Shown: in pieces, positions 13,072 to 23,900 of the stretch
How the letters are laid out: the number at the start of each line of letters is the position of its first letter
How positions within the stretch are numbered: position 1 is the stretch's first letter
Origin: Fimbriosthenelais zetlandica
Lineage: Eukaryota
Reading direction: 5' to 3'
Length of the DNA: 64,000 bases
Assembly (NCBI GenBank): GCA_977030845.1
Contig: OZ365115.1
Span: forward strand, 14,012,001-14,076,000
Position numbers and translations under genes: made by a program
Notes under the pieces: model-generated
What the model was told of the DNA's origin: nothing
The model's input: the letters and a program-made list of their open reading frames with translations, nothing else
Databases searched by the model: none

Positions 13072-16000
13072 CACTGTTAATAATAATTATCCTTTTTGGG
13101 TGTATTTTTACACCGCATTTTGGATGACCATGACGCACAGCGTTCTGCGTGTGGTGTATTATATGCAGCGTTCTGTCGGGGGTGTTCTGGGGGTGAGATA
13201 AGGAGGGTGTCCTGGGTGCGGCGTTCTGGCTGCAGTGTCCTGGGAGTGGTGTACAGGAGGCGGCGTTCTGATAGGGGCGTTCTGATAGGGGTGTTCTAGG
13301 GGCGGCGTTCTGAGAGGGGTGTCCTAGGGGTGGTGTTCTGATAGGGGTGTTCTAGGGGCAGTGTTCTGATAGCGGTGTACTGGGGGCAGATACTGTAGGC
13401 CTACTGTAGGCTCCTCAAATTGAATTCATATACATTATATTATTAAAACATAAGAATTTAAAGAGAACAATATCAAGTTCCATGTAGTTTTTTTTTATTC
13501 AGATGCACTGTAAATCAGTATACAATATGGAATTTCAATATACAATCTCAGTCACTGATATTAAATGAATTTAAATGTACAACTATCTGCCAAGAATTAA
13601 CCCATCACAGCAGGCAGAAATATGTAATGCATCATAATCCAAATTTAATTCAATATAAACAATCTCACACAAAATCACCCCATCGAAATAGGCTCTAATA
13701 TATCACAGTCAATTTAATATACCCCAACCTACAATGATAATGTAACACAGCACATTAATAAAATCACGATTCAGATATTATTTTCATATAATTTTATAAC
13801 ATGTATCTGCTCAACCCTGGTATGCTTATGTAAAACCATTTATATTCAATCCCTATATCATCATATTCATAAGATCGACACAGTGACATGACAAGTATTT
13901 ATCTGTAAAATGCTGTAACTTAGCAAATCTGTTAACTAACCATTATATTATCACATGCAAAATTAAACTTTGCTATTATTCGTAAACTAAATTAATTATG
14001 TTATATGTCATTGATGTAGAGAACTCCACCCAGATCCAAATATACCATAAATTAAAACATCACAAAATGAAATATAATCAAACCCAAATACTTGGGAAAT
14101 TTAAATAGCCATTGATATATATCCCTTATCACAGAATGATAAATAATCACTCAGTCATGAGAGTAACCCAAGTTCAAACATTGGTGACATATACATGCAG
14201 ATACACAGAGATGACACTCAGAGGTTAAAAAAAATAGGGAATTTATTAATGATCACAATTGCATAATAATTATATTATGCGTTATTTAGGGACGGTGTGT
14301 AGACATGTTGAGGGGTACCCTCAGGGCCCATTTTAAGCCTTTGTCAGAATGTAATACAATAAGAAATGTGTCCATATCCATGTCATTTATTAAATATGTC
14401 GCTCTTTAAGCACTGCTGTGGTCCTGAATGTCAATTTTTGATGTTCTTTTTTAAACAGGTCCATGATGTCTCTCATATAAGTTCTTAATGTTTATGTTGA
14501 AACGGACAGCTATTATCAGGCTGTGTCAACCCTCAATTTTATAGGGTTGTGTTGGCGTGTCTCTGGCGTCAAATTTTACCCTTGTATATCCATGAACAGA
14601 TTAAAGTGTTTAATTCATCCATATATTGGTAAGCGCGTAAAATATTTGCGCCCAAGGATAAGTCCTTTTGACTTTTAATTTTTTGTCAGCCTTCTGGTCA
14701 CACGTTAGGGAGGAATCACTTCCTTTATGAGAACTCTGTAAAGACAATTATAAACGGGGTGTTAGCAGTTATAACACAGAACATTTAAACATTTAATTTA
14801 AATACAACTTTTGAAAATATAACTTATTTCTAATTAATACCAGGTTGGCCGATGAATTGATAATAGGCCTACAATTCCAATTACGTATACATACTAACCT
14901 GTAATAATAAAGGTTGTAATGTGCTTGTGTGATGCCTTTTCTGATGAATGAATATCACTATAGAATTGACGTTATTACACTGATGAGGACACGATCGAAC
15001 CATCATACCGGAAATCTGAATTATAACAAGCAAGTAAGAAAAAAGTATGAGCATATTGTCTGACAATATAAATAAATCCCATGGTATTGTAAGCATATAT
15101 ACCTTGACTATAAGACAAAACATTTCATCTCACACCTACTGAAAGCCTGTGACAAGCCTGTGACCTACATTTATAATGGCTGTTGGGGTTTTAATACGTG
15201 TTAAAGCTAACCTGGCCTTATAAGCCACCTCACCTTTCTAACACCTTCAAAATATTTGAAATTATTACCTCTGATACATCCTCGAATTTGAACCATAAAT
15301 TTGAAGATTAATAAGTTTATTGACGGTCATACAATTTGATAGGCCTATAACATTATCACCAAGAGAAACTTATTGCTAAATCCTGTGGCCGCATGATTCC
15401 TCCCTTGTCAGTCTGGTCCATTCAGTGCCTTCGTCCCGTTCTCTAAAAATCATAACCAAACAATATGTTACACTATGATGGGTTTGAAATAATGATCACA
15501 TGAGATATACTTATATAGATTTTATTGGGGGACAAGTCCTTATAATTATGCAGTTTAGTTATCATGTACAACTGCAGCGTTGTCTCCGACATATACATCC
15601 TTAGCCTAAAGCTTAGGCCGTTAGCCTAAAGCTTAGGCCGGGCTGCTAACTCTCCCTTCCCGGAAAAAGACCGAGGCTCTCCCGTCCACTTCCCTCCGGT
15701 AACCCCCTACCCAATATTTGTTTCATAGTTGCCACATATATACATGTAACCTAATCCAAACGCCAGGCAATGGCTAATTAAAGTTACAAGGATTCATAAT
15801 TATATTATAATTTAGTATGTACATGTATAAGGCCTACTTACTTAAAGGTTTCTGTAGAAGTTCCATGAAAATCACATCTCCGCTTCCTATTCAAATCCAT
15901 GGGTGAGGCGTGAACGTTAATCCTGGGATAATCCCGCAGTCAATGCAAAATACCGCCGATTAAGATTAAAATACATACATTTCAACTTCATGTATTGTTT

Positions 16001-17214
16001 ATTGAAACATATATATATACATGAAATATCATATCACTTTACTGAATATCTTCTTGGCATTCCAATGTATATAATGTTTCAGGAAAAACAGTTATAGGCT
16101 AATTAAAATATTAACTGCGAGCTTGTAATATTCGTGTGCATAAAGCTAACTTGTACATTTCGCGCAGGAACCCTGGGTTTTAGAAGCGTCCATTTATTTT
16201 CGACTACCCTATCCTTTTTTTGTATAACCATATTCCGCATAATTATGTGTTTCACAATTTAATTGAAAGATTGAATCAGCTTTATACTACAGAAGGCGTT
16301 TCGCATCTGTAAGTGTGAAATAATAAAATGTGAAGTTGGCTAAGCTAGCTTCTCACACCAGGAATTAAGACTTTGCGCGTGGTCATATAAGTTGTGAATT
16401 CCTGTAGAAGAGCGAAATAGCTATAAATAGATTATTTCTTCATCCCTTTTATAAGTTTTTACTGTCCCTCTCTTGTATAACTTTTTGTTATACAGGTCAT
16501 GTACTGTAGCCGAATGGATAAGGTGTTTGACTTGCAGTTAGAGAGTCATGGGTTCGATTCCAAGAGAGTCTCAAGTTTTCCGCTTTCAAATTCGATTTTA
16601 TCCACCAGCTATTAGTACAGTAACTTCAGGAAAGTTTAGTTTGTGACTTGTTTTTATATTATTATTTTAATTAATCTAGAGGTGAGCACCCACTGCATCA
16701 GAGCTACTGTGCAACTGTAGGGAATTCATCTATAGTGTTTTGGATAATATACTTGTAAGGTTATGTAGGCCTACATGTATAAAATTTGTTATAATTGGGC
16801 CATTTCCATAAAGGAGGTGTAGGGCCTAATGGTGGAGGTGCAAAAATACACCTGGGGGATATCTAACAAAAATAACTAGGGTAGGGCATTGGTAGAGGTG
16901 TAAATTTACCCCAAGGCAGCGTTCTGAGGCGTACCCGCAGAACACCGCCATATCTACACCCATTGAGCGTTCTGTGACCCACCACAGAACACCGCGCTTC
17001 ACAGGACACCCAAAGAGGGTAAAAATACATAGCCGATTTTACGCCGCCATATTTACACCCATGCAGCGTTCTGCGACACACCGCAGAACGCTGCAATCTC
17101 CAGAACACCCAAGATGGATAAAAATACATAGCCAACTTTACGCTGCCATATTTACACCCATTCAGTGTAAAAATATCCCGCATAAAGATATTTTTACACT
17201 TATTTCGAACAGTG
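13072..17214. mobile_element. Probable degenerate CACTA/CMC-type DNA transposon (~4.1 kb)
   Basis: Ends TA|CACTGTT and AACAGTG|TA. Both ends carry subterminal repeats built on CAGCGTTCTG/CAGAACGCTG (13135-13380; 16915-17160, ~99-bp period). The interior is AT-rich with no intact ORF. Confidence 0.5.
16499..16570 (+). repeat. tRNA-derived fragment (SINE head or pseudo-tRNA)
   Basis: A-box-like TAGCCGAATGGATAAGG and B-box GGTTCGATTCC at tRNA spacing, but stems are degenerate. Confidence 0.55.
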
Positions 17215-20106
17215 TAGAAAATGGTTCAACGATGGTGCAAAAAAGACCAGGTTTTAACCCAACATGTGTCCATAGACTACAGTGGAGTCTTGCCTAACGA
17301 CTACCTCACTAAAGCGACTCTCTCACTCTGTGTGAACTCTACAAGGGGCCAGAACTAAAGGTGTTAACACCATTAAGACATACTCTCACTATATGACCAC
17401 TAAATGGTCAGAACCAAGTTTGTAAGACCACGAAGACATCACTAAAGACATAGACCTACTCACTAAAGTGACCATTATTAGTTCAGTTTACGGGGTGTCG
17501 GAATCGTGAGATTCCACTGTAGAAGCAGAATAACGTCTTGGACACATGATGTGGACCATCAGAGGGTTGAGATGGAGAGAGTGAAGGATGCAATACCGTG
17601 TAATTCAATGGTACAGATTGCTCGTGTTCTGGCAATCCGCCTGGCCTGATGCAAGCTTGGGTTAGTTTATGTTCAGAGGAATGACTGTTCGGGCTCTTGT
17701 TATTATGGAATTCTATGTAAACTTGTGATAAATCTACTTAATCTTCATTAGATGTACATAACGATGCTCCCAGCAGCTCCTCACTTATATCCTGGATATA
17801 TATTTATAAAGGTTTGACCAGTAAGCTAAGCAAAAAGATGTGTTCAAAGTTGATACACTAGAATTCATTCCGCAATCGTGATATTTCACGATTTGATATT
17901 TAGATTCCGCAAAATTGTTAAGGACCAAATATCTAGCAAAAATACAAGTTGCCATGGTTAACAGGAACTGGATACATTCCGCTGATGATTGCTCTTGTTC
18001 GGTTCTTCAATATGCTTCTGATTGAGATTATATAAAACGGACAGGAACTTTTAATCATTTATTAAGAAACTGGTCAACAGGGAAATTGAAATATAAAAGT
18101 TTTAATCATGTTTTAGACAGTGGTCAACAATTGAGGACACGTGCATTGTGGATATTTTAATAATTTTATTGGGTTTCTAGGTGTAAGATGTTCATTATCC
18201 TATTATTATGTTCTTTTCCCACTATTCCAGGATATGTAAATAACACTGTGTGTGAACGAGGCTGCTCATGCAATATACTCAAGATGGTCTGAAAACAGGG
18301 CTCGAAATATTGACAAACTTTGATCCACAATCATTGCTATACGGAATGAAAATCATGAATTTTCATCGACGTTCCATCACAAAAAACTGTCAATCATGTG
18401 TGGATTTGACTCGTACTGATTTTGCGGTAGAAATTTGGATATTTCAAGCTCTGTAAAGGTAATTATAGAATGTAATCAAAATATAAAAATATCCATGAAA
18501 GGTGTAGACAAATAATGCGCAAAATCATAACAGGTTAAAATATAGTAGTCCTAGGTACCAGTGAGTTCAATTACAGTTTTGTTAGCTGACTGAGCAAAAA
18601 TAATAATAATCATAAAAAGAGAAGTGTAGAGGTGTAGGCTCATTGACATAGGGAATTGAACCCAGTGACTGTACCAGTACATATATAAAAATCTTGTGGC
18701 CTTATGGTTAAATTATTTACAGAATTAACTCGGATAGTTTGACCTTTATTAAAATTTTAACTTTCTCACTTGTTTCATGCTATCGGAGTCATTCAAAAAA
18801 CCGTAAATACAATCATTACTGTTTACTGTTATTTTCAGTTTAAAAATCATGTAATTTTAAGCAACTAAGCTACAAGAACTAACTGGAAATTGTAACACAA
18901 AACTACAGGTTTATTGCAATGCAATTTATTATTAGGATGGCCTGGATTGGGCCGTTATAAACGCTAATTGTACATAGTTCTGTGTATAGAAATATTTTAA
19001 TTTGAATCTGCCATACAAGACTAAGGGAGGTGAAGGAATTGACTGGTACAATAAACGGTCTAGTTCTCTAAGCTGTTGTAAAACCTGAATCAAAACGTGC
19101 AATTATTCCTGTACAGAAGTAATGCAAGACTCAAATTCAGCAAATAAAAAAACTCTAATTAAAACAGCCTTTGTGTTGCTTTTCGTAATTTTCAATCATG
19201 AAATTCTTGAATCAGCAGGGATTGTCACATGGAATTATCCTACAATAATTATCTCCACCGTCCTACAGAATTCTTATTCAGGATTCTTCAAATTAGTAAG
19301 GCAATGTGCCATTGTAGAGCCGTAATATTGTAGGCCTAGAGCGCAATGGTAGTTCACCTTGTCGCCGCTGTAAATCTAGGGTCGCCACTGACGCGTCTGC
19401 TTGCTTCTTCCATAGGGATCAATGCTGAGGGACGAAAATTGCTCCATTTTGCGCTAGCATACCATGTGAGAGGATACGGGATCGAACCCCGGTCCGGGTA
19501 CGCCTATTTCCCTGAAATAATCTCCTTTGCTCCCTCTGGTGGCACTTTAATTCCTTTCTTCGCCGGCGAGGGAGCTACCTTGTGGGCCAGTACCAGTTCG
19601 TGTTGTTAGTTCCTTCCTCCACCGTTCATCTGGCTGGTGGAGCTACCGTTCCACCACTTCCAGTAATGCTTTAGTTCCTTTATTGGCCGGCGAGGGCGCT
19701 ACCATGCAGACCACGATGGATCCCATTGACCCAGAAGTCTAGTCCACCAGTGAACCGGAAGTTCTTCATTCAAACCAATATGGCCGACTTTGGAGTAATT
19801 TTCAGAAATCAGAGAATGATGCAGCTGGATTTACGCGGATTTCTCGCTTATATTCGAGAGAAACTCTTGAAACTGACCGATGACTACTCGGTAAGAGCTG
19901 TGAGGACACTTTTAGAGTATAATATGTACACGTCATGCTTTAGTTCGCTTTCAAATGATTCTAGAAGTCGGCCGCTCCTGGCAGTCCGGCGGCCTGGAGC
20001 ACGTGGAGGCGGAGGAAGGTTTGATACATGGCCGCCCGGCATCACGGCCCGGCATCACGGCATGTCCGACCAGTCTGACAGGTAGGCCTACGTCCACTGC
20101 CAACGT

Positions 20107-20255
20107 GTACTGCTACGGTATCGACTCTATGACTTTAGTCTACAGTTGGCCTACCTCTACGGTACCGACTCTACGCCTTTAGCCTACAGAAGGTCTACCG
20201 CTACGGTACCGACTCTATGACTTCAGCCTACAGTAGGCCTACCGCTACGGTACTG
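20107..20255. repeat. ~44-bp tandem repeat, ~3.3 copies
   Basis: CTACGGTACCGACTCTATGACTTTAGCCTACAGTAGGCCTACCG-like unit at ~20112, 20157, 20201 and 20245. Confidence 0.8.
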
Positions 20256-20992
20256 CCTACCGCTACAGTAGGCCTAAGGGTTAGGCCTAGAATTTGATCA
20301 ATAAGGTAAGATAAACTACAATACTTACAGCTATACAATACACATTTAATTTAATGTCTCCATTGATTCTGTGGGCCAAATATTTATGTAGGCCACCAAT
20401 ATTTTTTAAATTAATCTATAGCCTAATATCAACATTATTTTCTTAGTTCCCAATAAGTAATTAAAATAAAATGACTTAAAATCCGCACTTAATATTCCCC
20501 ATATTACTAGATTCTAGGCTATTAAATTGACCTTCAAGAGTCTGGAAACTATTTTTGTAAAAATAAATCACTCAAGCAGTGTAGCCTGCGCCTATGATCA
20601 GGTCCCAAGTCAATACGCCGAATAGCGATCAGATAATGAAGTGTTATACAAAAATTCGGGGGATAGGGAGGGGGGATTCCAGGATACTTGGTAACTCCCC
20701 TAAATAGGCCACTGCTTAGGCACACACGAAACAAATGGTATTTTAATACAGCTAGGCCTACTATAACATAGCCTATATGACAACATGGCTGCGTATTCAA
20801 TAATGCACTTTTTATTTACACTTCTTGGTACAATATATTTTAATCAATATGCCTATACGTAATGTAAAGTAAAGGGGTCAGGATTTGTAAGATCTTAGGA
20901 ATATAAAAGGGATGTAGGTCCAGCCTTAATTGTGGTCCAAAAATATTTCTATTTGAGTCTGGGGGGGTCCGCCCCTAATAGAATAAATGTTT

Positions 20993-23900
20993 TCATTTTT
21001 CATCGGTCTGGACAACCCTCCTTAGTAGACTGATGAGTATGTTTTCCTTGTTGGAGACGACCAGTTCTAACAGCCATATCATGAGGCCTGTCAGCAGGCC
21101 TATAACGAGCCATATAAATATACCAGCCACCTCAGCCAGCTTAATGGCTGTCCGCTGGGAATCTGCTGAGTCATTCTCCAGGTGACATGGGTCTTTAGGT
21201 TTAAACCTCACTCTCCACCGTGACAGCAGACCCGTGTCTCTCAACTTTAATATACTGAAACATGGAAATATTATAATTTTAAAATACATGTGGTTTCTGT
21301 GACTTAAAACTGGCTAAAAATGACGTGGGACGAAGGTAGAGGTCGGATCCAGATTAGAAACCGACCAATGTTTAAAAATTTCTTCAGTACTGCTTTACAG
21401 TGGTAAATAGGGAAAAAAATTATTAATTAACACTACTGCGACAAAGGTGATGTTTGTGTCGCAAAGAAAACTGTACCGGTTGAGGACGGCCTTAAGGCCT
21501 TGGATAACAATACCCGGTATATTAATTTTATTGCGACACAAGCATCACCTTTGTCGCACTATAGTGTCGCAAGTAAAATCGCAGTAGTGGGGTACAGGCT
21601 TAAGTTTGACTTACACCCTAGAGAAGAGTTCCGTGTAGGGACTTCCCTTAGGTAGAATGGCGGCCAGGGATGACTTGAAGATTTTCTCAGGAACAAAATA
21701 AAGATTGCATGCGCCGTTAGGTCTGAAGTAGTTCTCCATGGTCGTGTCGTCTGACATCATGGCTATGTACTCAGTCGTTGCCTTTGACTGGGCTTTCATT
21801 TTCTCTACAAACTCATCATTTCTCAGGTAATGATTTGGCGTTTCCACAAATCTCTCATACAGTTGCTTTATAACCCCCTTATCTGCATCCTGAAAAGACA
21901 AAGTTTATTTCTTTAACCTTTTCCAAAAAAACTTTATAATATCACTCTTGAATAAACATTTTTTTCTGACTTGTGGCAACCCTGTAACCCTGATTAAATG
22001 TGTAAATGTTTAAAGGGGCACTATCACGGAGGCGCAATGAACACTAAGACGGCCGTCCTTAAGTATGTCCTTCCTTTTGAGTACCGGGTATGTCCTTAAA
22101 TCTTAGGACCACCGTACCTAGATTTAAGTACGGATGAATTTCATAATCATTTTGTGTCTGCAGCTAGTACTGAAAACTAAGTACGACCGTCCTAAGACTT
22201 AAGGATGTACTTAAAAGGAAGAAGGTATACTTAATTCTGCTGGCAGTGTCACTTAAATAAAATGAAGCAGGGCTTCCTGGCGTTCATTGCGCCTCCGTGA
22301 TAGTGCCCCTTTAAATATTTATAACTTACATGCAGTATATGGTACATGTCAGTACTTACATGCAATATTTGGTACATGGCAATACTTACATGCAGTATTT
22401 GGTACATGTCAGTACTTACATGCAATATTTGGTACATGGCAATACTTACATGCAGTATTTGGTACATGGCAATACTTACATGCAGTATTTGGTACATGGC
22501 AGTACTTACATGTAGTATTTGTTACATGGCAGTACTTACATGCAGTACATATGGTACATGTCAGTACTTACATGCAGTATTTGGTACATGGCAGTACCGT
22601 TAGATACAGTGTACAGTTTATATCTCGTGTCCTTCACCAGTCCCTCCAAGGTCGTGAAGGGAGGCTCAATCCTCCTGGTGGTCAAAATGGCAATTAAATT
22701 AGCGGAGTAGAAGGTGGAGACGACGACCATCATTAATAGAGTTACTCCTAGTATACACCGCTCCGAGTGGCGCCAGACCGCCCGCTCAAACCCTGTAACA
22801 TATCAAATATTTCATTTATTTATTCAATATATATAGCTATCAAATTAGAATGGACATTTTACAACTTGGAAGAATTAACTGTTGGTTCAGAAAACCTACT
22901 AATTTATTGTAGAAACCACAGTATAAATGCAAATAAAATATATATATATAATAGGGCCTATAGGCCTACATGTTGGCTAGTGGCGGGGTGGGGGACTAGG
23001 CCTACATCAAATCGCTGTTTACTTGGTAAAATAGGCCTATGCATACATTAGGCCTACCCATACCCTAAAAACTGATGGAGCATTGCCTCCCAGAACTAAT
23101 ATCCTCACCTTTAGCAAACATGAGTCCAATACTTCCTATCAACCATTCAGCCAATTCATGGATGGAGCGTTCTCTGAGACTGAATAAATAGAGAAGTAAT
23201 CCCACGACGACGAGAGAGGAGACTAAAGCTGCCCACACATTCGTGGTGAAGGGTTCAAATATATAGAAGTAGTCCTGGTAGAACTCGGTGGGTACGTTGA
23301 TGAAGAACCCGCCCGTCTCACTCCAGTAAGACGCTGTGAAGTCGATGGCCTCCGCCCGCTGCCTAGTCACAGTCGTCGACGTGACGATTAAATCAGTTTT
23401 CTGGCACAAAAAAAAATTAAAATTATAATTAGTCACCACAAATCTGCACTAGAGACTGTTTTGTTTTAGATGTCATTGTCCAACCTTTCCGCAGATGTCT
23501 GTCTTCTTCAGGGACTGGCTTGTAGACTGGCTTGTTATTTATGCTTAATTTATGTGTCCCTTTTTTGGACAAAATTTCTGCTTGGTTACCTAAATAACTA
23601 GGTAGGTAATTCGGTGGTAGTCGCTAGTAGTTAATTAAAATATTATTCTGCAATAATCTTTACTTCTCTTTTCAATATAAGATATATGGGCCACCAGGTT
23701 TGGGCCTGCGCAGGCTAACCCCCATCCCCCGCCCCCGCCCCCTAATCCTGGATCTGCTAGATTTTAGTAGACCTACCTTGTTTAAAAGAGTGCCAATCAT
23801 GCCCTTCCACGTACCATTCACAATCACACCAAAATTATAGCTCCAATCAGGAGTAATATGATACCTGTAACATTTCATTTTACACATTTAATATTACACA

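Noticed and set aside
17300-19330. Short open stretches that might be a decayed gene
   Set aside because: Stops in all frames and no family motif recognised.
22249-22710. Several overlapping ORFs; superficially CRISPR-like 30-bp repeats
   Set aside because: By-products of a 30-nt tandem repeat; no unique spacers and the context is eukaryotic. The same applies to the 34159 and 24938 arrays.
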